Shown here: positions 1 through 10,828 of the stretch, piece by piece | Position numbering within the stretch: position 1 is the first letter of the stretch | Layout: every line of letters starts with the position of its first letter | Assembly (NCBI GenBank): GCA_003021085.1 | Contig: PXRE01000026.1 | Location: forward strand, 66,559 to 130,558 | Origin: Halobacteriales archaeon QS_1_68_20 | Lineage (GTDB): Archaea > Halobacteriota > Halobacteria > Halobacteriales > PXRE01 | DNA length: 64,000 nt | Direction of reading: 5' to 3' | Made by a program: the position numbers and the translations under genes | Notes under the pieces: model-generated | The model's input: only the letters and a program-made list of their open reading frames with translations | What the model was told of the DNA's origin: nothing | The model's database searches: none

Positions 1-776
1 TCGTACGCTTCGCCGTAGGCGTCCGCGACGGCCGCAAGGTCGTCGCGCTCCGCACTGGTCAGCGCCGGCAGCGCCACCGTGGCCCGCGGATCCATGAGGT
101 TGGAGACGTTCTGGACGGTCTCCTCCAGGTAGCCCTCTCGCGGCCCGCCGACGGCGACCTGGTGGGCCTTCGCGTACCGGCTGCCGTCGAAGATGCGCGC
201 CCGGCCCGGGTCGACGACCGCGACGGCGTCGAACTCGACGGTCCGGATGGGCAAGGCCACGTCGCCGTAGGACTCCACGACCGCGGGATCGGTCGCCCGG
301 ACGGGTTCGGTCAGCCCCCGGATCGCCTGGAGGTGGTGTCGCTCCATCACCGCGTTGGCCTCCTCCAGCGAGTCGACGACGAGCGCGTCCGCCAGCGGGA
401 GGTGCTCGCGGGCGTGGTCGGGGAGGGCCGCGCGACCGTTGACCACGAAGTCGTCGCCCACGCGGTCGACCAGGAACTCCCGGTCGGCGCGGCCGAGCAG
501 TCCCGACCCGCCGCCGGGCGCGGGCCGCCAGAGTCTGTGGACGGGATTGATGGCCTCGGGTTCGTGGTCGCCCGCGCTCGCGTCGACGAGGCGCTTCGCG
601 TCCTTGCCGTACAGTCGGCCGTCCTCGACGGCGGCGTGGTAGTCGTCGTGGTCGTACCAGTAGTCGTTGCCAGCGCGGGGCTTGAAGCCGACGCCGTCGA
701 CTCGATCGAGGAGGCCGACCGAGAACGTCGTCTTGCCGGCGTCGACCGTCGCGCCGCCTGCGACCAGCAGGTTCAT
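1..776 (-). CDS. Predicted P-loop ATPase/GTPase (3' end runs off window)
   Basis: Manual translation MNLLVAGGATVDAGKTTFSVGLLDRVDGVGFKPRAGNDYW has a Walker A-like GKT; ATG at 776 lies just past the stop of the 778-1044 gene; absent from the ORF track. Confidence 0.75.
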   Translation of the reverse strand, partial: MNLLVAGGATVDAGKTTFSVGLLDRVDGVGFKPRAGNDYWYDHDDYHAAVEDGRLYGKDAKRLVDASAGDHEPEAINPVHRLWRPAPGGGSGLLGRADREFLVDRVGDDFVVNGRAALPDHAREHLPLADALVVDSLEEANAVMERHHLQAIRGLTEPVRATDPAVVESYGDVALPIRTVEFDAVAVVDPGRARIFDGSRYAKAHQVAVGGPREGYLEETVQNVSNLMDPRATVALPALTSAERDDLAAVADAYGEAY

Positions 777-777
777 G

Positions 778-1044
778 CTACGTCTTCAGGCCGTAGTAGC
801 CGGGTTCGTCGTCGGCCTGCGGTTCGGCCACCACGAGGTCGTCGGCGTTGAACACGATCCAGGGGATGGCCCAGTCCAGCAGGACGTTCTCGGTCTCGGG
901 GTCCAGTTCCGCGTCGGGGTCCAGTTCCTGGAGCAACCGGGCGATCTCGTAGACGGTGTACATCTCGTCGGGGTCGAGCAACTCCTCGGGCGCGTAGAAG
1001 TCACAGGGGTGAATCTGGTCGAACGAGGACTTCGCTCGGGGCAT
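778..1044 (-). CDS. Conserved haloarchaeal small protein (DUF5827-like)
   Basis: 88-aa acidic ORF, coupled to the ATPase gene; family recalled from sequence. Confidence 0.7.
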   Translation of the reverse strand: MPRAKSSFDQIHPCDFYAPEELLDPDEMYTVYEIARLLQELDPDAELDPETENVLLDWAIPWIVFNADDLVVAEPQADDEPGYYGLKT

Positions 1045-1149
1045 GACGGAGGGTACGGGTGACCGGCGGGTAAATCATCCGATTCGCGCAGGGTTTCGGT
1101 CCGGACGAAGCCGATAGTTACTTTGGACGATGCACTCATTCGTTCATCA

Positions 1150-2826
1150 ATGGCGACGCCGCTCAAAATCGCCTACGCAGGGTTCCTACTGACCGGCATG
1201 TCGCTTGCTGGCGTTTTCGGGACCGTAGCGTGGCGGCGGCGGCCGTCGCGCGAGGCGACCGCGCTGGTCGTCCTCGCGGCCGGCATCGTCCTCTGGCTGG
1301 TGGGAACGACGGCGAGTCTGTTCGTCGACCCCCTGTCGGCCAGGGTGTTCGCGCAGAAGTTCTCGTACTTCGGCATCGTCTCCACGACGCCGGCGTTCCT
1401 GGTGTTGACGCTCCTGTACACCGGCCGCGAGGCGTGGGTCGACCGACGACTCTTGGGCGTCCTCTCGGTCGAACCCGTGGTCTTCCTGATCGGGCTGTGG
1501 ACGACCCCGGAACTGGTGTACGAGTCGGTCTCGGTCACCGGTTCGTCGCTGGCGTTCGACGTGGTGCACGGACCGCTGTTCTGGGTCCACGTCGTCTACG
1601 CGTACGTGCTGACGCTGATCGCGACCGCGCTGCTACTGGAGTTTCTCTACCGCACGCAGTACCTCTACACCAAACAGGTACTGGCGCTCCTGACGGCGGT
1701 GGCTGCCCCCTGGTTCGGGAACATGCTCTACCTCGGCGGGGCCGTCCCGTTCGACCCCACGCCCATCACGTTCGCCGTCAGCGGCACGGTGCTTACCTGG
1801 GCCGTCCTCGAAGCGGGCTTCGTCGACCTGTCGCCCATCGCCCGCGAGGCGGTCGTCGACCACGTCAACCACGGGATGCTCGTGGTCGACGAGGAGGGGC
1901 GACTCATCGACCTCAACCCGACGGGCAAGGCGATGCTCGACGCCGACGACGACATCGGGCGGCCGCTGGCGGAACTGCTCACCGACTACCCCCAACTCGT
2001 CGAGGAGTTCGCCGACGCCCACGAGAAACGCGAGAATGTGCTTCTCGACACCCCCGAGGGGCGGCGGGTGTTCGACATCGAGGTGACTCCGTTGACCGAC
2101 TACCGCGACCGCCTGCAGGGTCGGCTGTTCCTCATCCAGGACGTGACCGAACGGTGGCAGCGCGAGCAGGAACTCCAGCGACAGAACGAGCAACTTGACC
2201 GGTTCGCCTCCGTCGTCAGCCACGACCTCCGGAACCCGCTGAACGTCCTCGACGGGTACGTCGAACTCGCCCGCGAGTCCGGGGACACGGAACCGCTGGA
2301 CGCCGCCGCCGAGAGCATCGACCGGATGTACCAGCTCATCGACGACGTCCTGTCGCTGGCCCGCGAGGGCCGCCAGATCGAGTCCAGGGAACCGGTCGAA
2401 CTCCGTGCGGTCGCCCGAGACGCGTGGGCGAACCTGGAGACCACGGAGGCCACCCTCATCGTCGTCGACGACCGGACCCTCCACGCCGACCGGTCGCGAC
2501 TGGTCCAGGCGCTGGAGAACCTCTTCTGTAACGCCGTCGAGCACGGCGGCCCGGGCGTGACCGTCGAGGTCGGGACGAGCGACGACGAGCGTGGCTTCTA
2601 CGTCCAGGACGACGGTCCGGGCATCCCCCCGGACGAGCACGACGACGTGTTCGAGTACGGTTACACCACGACCGACGAGGGGACGGGGCTGGGGCTGGCC
2701 ATCGCCGACGCCATCGCGGAGGCCCACGGCTGGGAACTCCGACTGGAGGACGGTAGCACCGGAGCCAGGTTCGAGTTCCGGGACGCCAACGTCAAACGGG
2801 ACGACTCCGTCGTTCTCGCGGAGTAG
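1150..2826 (+). CDS. Sensor histidine kinase (N-terminal 7TM, PAS, HisKA, HATPase)
   Basis: Multiple TM helices, H-box SHDLRNPL, N-box ENLFCNAVEH, G1 DDGPGIP, G2 GTGLGL. Confidence 0.93.
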   Translation: MATPLKIAYAGFLLTGMSLAGVFGTVAWRRRPSREATALVVLAAGIVLWLVGTTASLFVDPLSARVFAQKFSYFGIVSTTPAFLVLTLLYTGREAWVDRRLLGVLSVEPVVFLIGLWTTPELVYESVSVTGSSLAFDVVHGPLFWVHVVYAYVLTLIATALLLEFLYRTQYLYTKQVLALLTAVAAPWFGNMLYLGGAVPFDPTPITFAVSGTVLTWAVLEAGFVDLSPIAREAVVDHVNHGMLVVDEEGRLIDLNPTGKAMLDADDDIGRPLAELLTDYPQLVEEFADAHEKRENVLLDTPEGRRVFDIEVTPLTDYRDRLQGRLFLIQDVTERWQREQELQRQNEQLDRFASVVSHDLRNPLNVLDGYVELARESGDTEPLDAAAESIDRMYQLIDDVLSLAREGRQIESREPVELRAVARDAWANLETTEATLIVVDDRTLHADRSRLVQALENLFCNAVEHGGPGVTVEVGTSDDERGFYVQDDGPGIPPDEHDDVFEYGYTTTDEGTGLGLAIADAIAEAHGWELRLEDGSTGARFEFRDANVKRDDSVVLAE

Positions 2827-2936
2827 CGTGGCCGGCCGGGCACGACGGCGACCCGTCGGCGGCCGCCGGACGGTCGGCTACCGGTCGGGAACACGAAAAA
2901 TCGAAACTCGACTCGGCGCTCTCCGGGAGCGGCGAT

Positions 2937-3551
2937 TCAACCCTCGTGGTTGTTGACCGTCTTCCGGTACTGGTCGGCGGCCTCGCCCCAGTCGACGACC
3001 TCGAAGAAGGCGTCGATGAAGCTGCCGCGGTCCGGGCCGTAGTCGTAGTAGTAAGAGTGCTCCCAGACGTCCAGCGCCAGGATGGGGTGAGAGCCCCACA
3101 GCGCACCCTGGTCGTGCTTGTCGACGACGAGGTTGCGGAGCTGCTTGGCGACGGGGTCGTAGACGAGCAGCGCCCAGCCACCGGCCTCCTTGGCGGCGGC
3201 CTCGAACTCGCCCTTCCAGCCCTCGTAGGAGCCGAAGTCCTCCTCGATGCGGTCCCGAAGTTCGCCCTCGGGCTCGCCCCCGCCGTTCGGCGACATCACG
3301 TTCCAGAACAGGGTGTGCAGGTAGTGGCCACAGCCGTTGTGGGTGACGTTGCGGATGGCGGAGCCGCTACTGCCGAAGTCGCCCGACTCGCGGTTCTCCG
3401 CGAGGGTCTCCTCGGCGCTGTTGAGACCGTTGACGTACCCCTGGTGGTGGGTGTCGTGGTGCCAGGTCAGCACCTGCTCGCTGATGTGGGGCGCGAGCGC
3501 GTCGTAGTCGTACGGCAGGTCCGGAAGCTTGGCGTCGGAGTACTCTCCCAT
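2937..3551 (-). CDS. sod: Mn/Fe superoxide dismutase
   Basis: LPDLPYDYDALAPHIS, WHHDTHHQGY, DVWEHSYY; ATG at 3551. Confidence 0.97.
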   Translation of the reverse strand: MGEYSDAKLPDLPYDYDALAPHISEQVLTWHHDTHHQGYVNGLNSAEETLAENRESGDFGSSGSAIRNVTHNGCGHYLHTLFWNVMSPNGGGEPEGELRDRIEEDFGSYEGWKGEFEAAAKEAGGWALLVYDPVAKQLRNLVVDKHDQGALWGSHPILALDVWEHSYYYDYGPDRGSFIDAFFEVVDWGEAADQYRKTVNNHEG

Positions 3552-3846
3552 GGTGTAACCTCCAGTTGAAGTATCATTGCGGTTGTTGATAAAGGTTGAG
3601 GACTCGGATTCATCACAAATGTTCGATACGAACCGGAAACGCAGGCGGTCACGGCTCCGGCGGTAGCCCGACATCCGGCCGACGGGCGGCCGAACGCCCG
3701 GACCGGCGTCGAAGGTACTGAATAACTTTTTTGAAACATTTCCGAGAGGTCGGCCGGCGGGGCGGGCCGTCCTCGTCGGCGCCGTCCCGACTCGACCCCC
3801 CCCTGGCCGGGCGAAACGGTAAGCCGTTCGGGCGTCAGGACCTGTC

Positions 3847-4194
3847 ATGGGAATCGAGAAACCTGACGTCGACCCAGAGACGTTCCTGGAGGACGTAGAG
3901 ATGCGCGTCGGCGAGATCGTCTCCGCCGAGGAGTTCCCCGGGGCCCGCAAGGACCTCTACAAACTGGTGGTCGACTTCGGCGTCGAACGCCGGCAGTCGG
4001 CGGCCGGCCTGACCGACAACTACGACCCCGGGGACCTGCAGGGCCGGCAGGTCGTCGCCGTCGTCAACCTCGGCACCGTCACCGTTGCCGGGTTCGACAG
4101 CGAGTGCCTGGTGATCGGCGTCGACGACGCCGACGGCGAGGTGGTCCACCTCCGGCCGGACCGCGAGGTACCCAACGGGACCGAGGTGTATTGA
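3847..4194 (+). CDS. tRNA-binding OB-fold protein (CsaA/Trbp111-like)
   Basis: MRVGEIVSAEEFP...LYKLVVDFG...QSAAG...VVAVVNL...GFDSECL. Confidence 0.88.
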   Translation: MGIEKPDVDPETFLEDVEMRVGEIVSAEEFPGARKDLYKLVVDFGVERRQSAAGLTDNYDPGDLQGRQVVAVVNLGTVTVAGFDSECLVIGVDDADGEVVHLRPDREVPNGTEVY

Positions 4195-4273
4195 AGAAAT
4201 TATCTCTTCAATGACACCGACCGAAGCTAGTTAGCAACATTTAGGGGCGTTCTGACTGGACGGCCTATCAACG

Positions 4274-4504
4274 ATGGCCGAAACGAAGGCGGACGGTGAA
4301 TCGCTACGGTCGGTCGGCTGGGCGATAGCGTTCGCAGTCCTCGTCGCACTGTCGGTCCCGTGGTTCCTCTGGGACGACGGGACCGTGGTCGCCGGACTGC
4401 CCGTGTGGCTGTGGTGGCACGTCGGCTGGATGGTGGTGACCTCGGTGACGTTCGCCTCGTTCGCCAGTCGCGCCTGGGGCCTCTGGGTCGAGGAGGTGGC
4501 GTAG
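4274..4504 (+). CDS. Small membrane partner of sodium:solute symporter (DUF3311-like)
   Basis: Two TM segments, GLPVWLWWH motif, stop immediately before the symporter ATG. Confidence 0.8.
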   Translation: MAETKADGESLRSVGWAIAFAVLVALSVPWFLWDDGTVVAGLPVWLWWHVGWMVVTSVTFASFASRAWGLWVEEVA

Positions 4505-5975
4505 ATGGCGGACGTCGGCCTGCAACTCGGGATCGTGACGGGCTACCTGCTCGTCGCGCTCGGGATCGGCGTGCTCGCCTACCGCGTGACCGAACGGACG
4601 GCCGAGGACTACTATCTCGCCGGGCGGTCGTTCGGGACCGTCGTCCTCCTGTGTACCGTGTTCGCCACGCTGTTGTCGGCGTTCACGTTCTTCGGCGGGC
4701 CGAACACTCTGGTACGTCGTCGGCTACCGCCAGTGGTTGCTCGGCAAGGCCAACGGCTACGTCACCCTGGGCGAGATGCTCGGCGACCGGTTCGGCTCCG
4801 ACCGTCTCCGGGCGCTCGTGGCGGGGATAAGCCTGGCCTGGCTGTTCCCGTACGTGATGCTCCAGCAGATCGGTGCCGGGAGCGCGCTGGCCGCGCTCAC
4901 CGAGGGCACCGTTCCCTTCTGGGGCGGGGCAGTGCTCGTGACGGCGTTCATGATCGTCTACGTCGTCCTCGCGGGGATGCGCGGCATCGCCTGGACCGAC
5001 ACACTCCAGGGCGCGTTCATGCTGGTGATGGTCTGGGCGGCGTTCCTGTGGGTGCTGGCTAGCGTCGGTGGAATCGGCGCCGCGACCGACGGCCTCGGCG
5101 AGACTGTCCCCGAGTTCCTCGAACTCGGCGGTGACTTCTACACGCCCCAGCGGATGCTCACCTTCGCGGTCAGCATCGCCTTCGGCGTCGCCATGTTCCC
5201 GCAGGTGAACCAGCGATTCTTCGCCGCCGGATCGGAGACGGTGCTGAAGCGCTCGTTCGTGCTGTGGCCGGTGATCGTCCTCCTGCTGTTCGTCCCCGCG
5301 TTCCTGCTGGGTGCCTGGGCCCGGGGCCTCGGTATCGCGGCCGAGGTCGGGGCCGGCGACAACGTGCTTCCCCTACTACTCTCGGAGTACACGCCCGCGT
5401 GGTTCGCCGCGCTGGTCATCGCGGGGGCCATCGCCGCGATGATGTCCTCCAGCGATTCGATGTTGCTGTCGGGCGCGTCGTACTTCACCCGCGACGTCTA
5501 CCGGCCGCTGGTCGACCCGGACCTCTCGGGCGACCGCGAGGACCTGCTGGGCAGGGTCGGCGTCGCCGTCTTCGCAGTCGGCGCGCTGGTCGCCAGTCTC
5601 CTCGTGGGCGGCAGCGCCGACGTCGGCGTGGTCGGTGACGTCCTCGTGGACGTCGGTGACACCGCCTTCGGCGGGTTCGCGCAACTGGCGTTCCCGGTGA
5701 TCGTCGCGCTGTACTGGTCCCGGACGACCAGGGCGGGGATGTACGTCGGCATCCTCGCCAGCCAGGTCGCCTACGTCGCCGGCGTGCTGTTGCCGGTCGT
5801 CGAGGTCACCGTGCCGCTGGCCGGCCAGGTTCCGCTCGGCCTACCCGAGACGTACCTCGGGTGGGGTATCTCCCTGTACTGCATGCTCCTGGGCCTGGTG
5901 CTGACGGTCGGCGTGTCGGTGGTGACTGCCTCGGCGCCAAGCGAGGACCGCGCGGCGTACGGCCTGGCGGACTGA
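4505..5975 (+). pseudogene. Sodium:solute symporter (PutP/PanF-like) with frameshifting internal deletion near 4709
   Basis: N-part DYYLAGRS...SAFTFFGGPN jumps to WYVVGYRQWLLGK in another frame; one TM segment appears missing. Confidence 0.85.
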
Positions 5976-6014
5976 CCCAAATGGATTAACCCCTCGGCAG
6001 GAGAACGGCCGTCC

Positions 6015-6935
<921 letters not shown>

Positions 6936-6968
6936 ATTGGGACGTAGCGTGTTGAGGACGTTAGAGTC

Positions 6969-7305
6969 GTGGCGCACGCGAGCAAGGCGCGCGAGGTCTC
7001 CGCGAGTCTTGCGAGCGGAGGCTCGGGAGAGCTTGCTCTCCCGGTGGCCGGGGGAAGCGCGGCGTCTCCGGCGAGCCGTGCGAGCCGGAGGCTCGTCAGC
7101 GCTTACCTCTGACGGTGGCCCAGCGGGTCGGCCACCGCGCCGAGTCCCGCGGTTGGGGAGGGTGGGGTTGACCCCTAGGTGTTGCGTGCCGCTAGCGTTG
7201 CCCGTTCGAACCGTGAACACTAGCGACCACTTGACCTAGGGATATCCACGCCCTCCCCAACCGATTGCGCTCCTCGCTTCGCTCCGGTGCTCATCCCTCG
7301 CGCGC
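6969..7305. repeat. Intergenic palindromic repeat cluster related to the dispersed element (two modules head-to-head)
   Basis: CGGTTGGGGAGGG 7150-7162 is inverted at 7251-7263; the reverse complement of about 7245-7302 matches about 32681-32765; hairpin CGGGAGAGC-TT-GCTCTCCCG at 7024-7043. Confidence 0.85.
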
Positions 7306-7374
7306 GGCAACCGCAACGTGGCAGGTTGGGCTGAACGAACCAACCGAAGTAAAACGAAGCCGAAGTTCAGGTCG

Positions 7375-10101
7375 TCATTTCTCGATCCCCGGCGCCTCGT
7401 CACCGATGACGTCCATCACGCGGTCGTGGAACTCCTGCAGGACGGCGCTCTCGTCGCTGGCCAGCACCACGTCAGTCGCCATCAGCGTCGCCAGGCCGAA
7501 CGCCCGCGGCGACGGCGACTCGACCCGCTGGGCACGCACCTCGATGTCGCCGGCCTGGATGCCGGCCAGCACCTCCTCGATGCCGGCGACGTTCAGTTTG
7601 TCCTCCAGGATCTCGCGGTAGGTCTCCTCCAGCACCGCGAAGTCATCCAGGTCCTCGGCGAATCCCAGCAACATCTCGCTGGAGACCTGTTGCTCGCTGG
7701 CGGACTTCTCGTAGCCCTTGTACCGCTTGAGGATCATCAGCGACCGGGTCGCGTCGATCCGGAAGTACCGCTGGAGCAGGTCGGTCCCCTCGATGGCCGC
7801 CCGGAGTTTCTCCCGGACCGAGTCGGGGTCCAGGTCCGCGACGATGCCCTCCACGTCGACCTTGCGGTTCAGCGGCATCGAGATGGAGAAGCCGTGGTCC
7901 GCGACGGCGACGGCGACGTTGGCGTCGGTCGCCTGCGCGCACTCGTGGGCGACGATGCGCGAGAGGCCGTCGTTGAACCGCCGGCCGTAGTTCGAGTGGA
8001 CGTAGTACCGGCGCTTGTACTCGTCGCGGTCCAGTTCCTCCTCGATGGCGAGGCGGCCGGCCGTGCTGACGCTCTCTGCGCCCGCGTACCGCACCTGCTG
8101 GTCGAACAGGCGGGCGAGCGCCCGGACGCCGTTGTCGTCCAGCGGGAACTCCCGGAGCCACGCCCGGACGGCGGGACGGCCGCCCTCCTGCAGGCGTTCG
8201 ACGAGTTCACCCTGGAACTGGAGGATCTCACGGCCGAGGTCGTACGACAGCGGCAGGCGCTCGGAGTACCACGAGGGGACGGTCGGCCGGGCGCTCGTGC
8301 GGTCGACGTACACCTTCGACCCGCGGCGGTAGCGGTACTCGAAGCGGTTCCCGCCGAGGACGAACACGTCGCCGGACTCGAGGGTGTCCAGGTACTCCTC
8401 GTCGAGCTGGCCGACCCACTCGTCGTCCACGCGGGTGAACACGTCGCAGGTGAACGAGTCGGGGATGGTCCCGATGTTGGTCATATAGATGACCCGCGCG
8501 AGGCGGCCGCGTTTACCGATCAGCGGCTGGCCGACCTCGAACTCGTCGTAGTGGTACTCGCCGTCCGGCGGGTCGTTGGCGTCACGCCAGATCTTCGCGT
8601 AGACGTTGTTGTCCTCCATGCCGTCGTAGTCGGCGGTGAGATAGCGCAGCAACTGCTCCCACTCGTCGTCGCCGTAGTCGCGGTAGGGGTAGGCCCGCCT
8701 GAGGATGTCCTCGATTTCGGCCTCCGGGCGGGGGCCGTTGATCGCCATCCCGTAGACGTGCTGGGCGGCGACGTCATGGGCGTTCTCCGGGACGAACACC
8801 CGGTCGACGAACCCCTCCTCGGCCTTCTTCAGCATGACCGCGCACTCGACGAGTTCGTCGCGGTCGAGCGCGAACACCCGGCCGGTGACGGTCTCGCCGA
8901 GCTGGTGGCCCGCCCGGCCGACGCGCTGGAGGAGCGCGGCGACCGATTTGGGGGAGCCGACCTGCACCACTAGGTCGACAGTCGGCATGTCGATGCCGAG
9001 TTCGAGACTGGTGGAGGTGGTGACCACGTCGACGGTGCCGTCCTTGAGTCGGCGCTCGACGTCCTCGCGGTCGGCCTTCGAGAGACTGCCGTGGTGGCAC
9101 GAGGAGTTCGCCTCCTCGTACGCCGAGAAGCGTTCGCGGAGGTTGTGTAGGACGCGCTCCGCGCCCGAGCGCGTGTTGGTGAACACGATGGTCGTCGTGT
9201 GATCCTGAATCTCGTCGTGGAGGGTCTCGTAGAACCGCTCGTTGCTCACGTCGTGGGGCGTGTTCACGAGGTCGGCCGCCGGCGTCACGAGTTCGACGTC
9301 GAACTCCCGGACGAACCGCGTGTCGACGATTTCGCAATCGCGGGATGGACCACCGGGGCCGTTCCGGCCGACCAGGAACTCGGCCATCCCCTCCAGGGGT
9401 TCGACGGTCGCGGAGCACCCGATCCGGGTCGGCGACCCCTCTGCGAGGTGCTGGAGGCGTTCGAGGCTGACCGCGAGGTGGGTACCGCGCTTGCTCTCCG
9501 CGAGGGCGTGAATCTCGTCGACGACCACGTACTCGACGGTCCGCAACTTCTCGCGGAACTTCGGCGAATTGAGGAGGATGGCCAGCGTCTCCGGCGTGGT
9601 GTTGAGGATGTGCGGCGTCTCCTCCAGCATCGCCTGCCGTTCGCTGGAGTCGGTGTCGCCGTGCCGGATCGCGTGCCGGATCTCCACCTCGCCGTCGGTC
9701 CGTTCGGAGATGCCCGCCAGGGGCCGTTCGAGGTTCCGGTGGATGTCGTTGGCCAGCGACTTCAGCGGGGAGACGTACAGGCAGTACACCGAGTTGTCGA
9801 GTCCCTCCTCGCTGTCGCGGCGGTAGAGTTCGTTGATGATCGAGGTGAACGACGCGAGCGTCTTGCCGGACCCCGTCGGGGCCGCGACCAGGGCGTTGGT
9901 CCCCTCCTGGACCAGGGGGATGGCCTCCTCCTGGGGCGGCGTGAAGAAGCCCTCGTTCTCTTCGACGAACGCTCCGAACTGGTCGACCCACCACTCCTGG
10001 AGGGGGGGTTCCAGCAACTCCAGGACGTCGCCGTCGGTGATCGTCGCCGCCTCTGCGTCGACGCCAGTCTCGGCCGCGGCCAACAGTTCCCTCGGTCCCA
10101 T
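7375..10101 (-). CDS. lhr: Lhr-family ATP-dependent SF2 helicase
   Basis: APTGSGKT, SPLKSLANDI, TTPETL, DEIH, SAT, TSLELGID, QRVGRAGH; likely ATG 10101. Confidence 0.93.
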   Translation of the reverse strand: MGPRELLAAAETGVDAEAATITDGDVLELLEPPLQEWWVDQFGAFVEENEGFFTPPQEEAIPLVQEGTNALVAAPTGSGKTLASFTSIINELYRRDSEEGLDNSVYCLYVSPLKSLANDIHRNLERPLAGISERTDGEVEIRHAIRHGDTDSSERQAMLEETPHILNTTPETLAILLNSPKFREKLRTVEYVVVDEIHALAESKRGTHLAVSLERLQHLAEGSPTRIGCSATVEPLEGMAEFLVGRNGPGGPSRDCEIVDTRFVREFDVELVTPAADLVNTPHDVSNERFYETLHDEIQDHTTTIVFTNTRSGAERVLHNLRERFSAYEEANSSCHHGSLSKADREDVERRLKDGTVDVVTTSTSLELGIDMPTVDLVVQVGSPKSVAALLQRVGRAGHQLGETVTGRVFALDRDELVECAVMLKKAEEGFVDRVFVPENAHDVAAQHVYGMAINGPRPEAEIEDILRRAYPYRDYGDDEWEQLLRYLTADYDGMEDNNVYAKIWRDANDPPDGEYHYDEFEVGQPLIGKRGRLARVIYMTNIGTIPDSFTCDVFTRVDDEWVGQLDEEYLDTLESGDVFVLGGNRFEYRYRRGSKVYVDRTSARPTVPSWYSERLPLSYDLGREILQFQGELVERLQEGGRPAVRAWLREFPLDDNGVRALARLFDQQVRYAGAESVSTAGRLAIEEELDRDEYKRRYYVHSNYGRRFNDGLSRIVAHECAQATDANVAVAVADHGFSISMPLNRKVDVEGIVADLDPDSVREKLRAAIEGTDLLQRYFRIDATRSLMILKRYKGYEKSASEQQVSSEMLLGFAEDLDDFAVLEETYREILEDKLNVAGIEEVLAGIQAGDIEVRAQRVESPSPRAFGLATLMATDVVLASDESAVLQEFHDRVMDVIGDEAPGIEK

Positions 10102-10193
10102 CTGGGCGCGCGTTAGAGTCGGAGGTGTAAGTGTATTCCCCCACCGGAGCGGAAGTGAACCGGCCGCCGCGAACCGCCTCCGATTCGTACCGC

Positions 10194-10718
10194 TCAGGCC
10201 AGCGATTCCAGGAGCGCGAGCAGTTCCGTCTCGGTCGCGTTGCCGGACGCCACGGCGTCTCTGGGCCGTCGACCGGTCGATTCGACCGTCTCGATTGTCC
10301 CCTCGGGGTCGTAACCGCGGGCGTGGACCAGCCACGCGGCGAGGACGTGACCCGTCCGCCCGATGCCGGCGAGGCAGTGGGTCACGACGGGTTCCCCCTG
10401 CTCGTCGGCCGTCTCGAAGAACGGTAGCACCTCGTCGGTCAGCGTCTCCCGCGCGGCGAGGTGGTGGTCCGGGACGGGCGCGTGCAGGACCTGCTCGCGG
10501 CCGAACGCCCGCTGGTACTGTCCGACCAGGTCACCGTACCGTTCCAGTTGTCGCTCCGAGAGGAGACAGCAGACTCGCTGGACGCCGCGCTCTCTCATGG
10601 CGGCGATCCAGTCGTCGACGGCGGCCGTCGGGTCCAGGCGGCCGAACCCGGGTGCGGCCGCGCCGTGGACCACTTCCTCCCCGGGCGCGGCCGGCGCGAA
10701 TCTGTCGCCTCGGCTCAC
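10194..10718 (-). CDS. Dual-specificity/protein-tyrosine phosphatase
   Basis: HCLAGIGRTG (CX5R) and PVPDH general-acid loop. Confidence 0.92.
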   Translation of the reverse strand: MSRGDRFAPAAPGEEVVHGAAAPGFGRLDPTAAVDDWIAAMRERGVQRVCCLLSERQLERYGDLVGQYQRAFGREQVLHAPVPDHHLAARETLTDEVLPFFETADEQGEPVVTHCLAGIGRTGHVLAAWLVHARGYDPEGTIETVESTGRRPRDAVASGNATETELLALLESLA

Positions 10719-10828
10719 GGTCTCCTGACACGCCCGCCACCTACATCTCCGTTTCGGCGGTCATCCACTACTCCGCGCTCGGCCCACTGGTCCGGAAACC
10801 CGGTCGCTGACCGGTCCGTCCGTCCGCC

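Noticed and set aside
7200..7215. tRNA T-loop-like GTTCGAACC
   Set aside because: No cloverleaf can be built; it is the centre of a larger palindrome.
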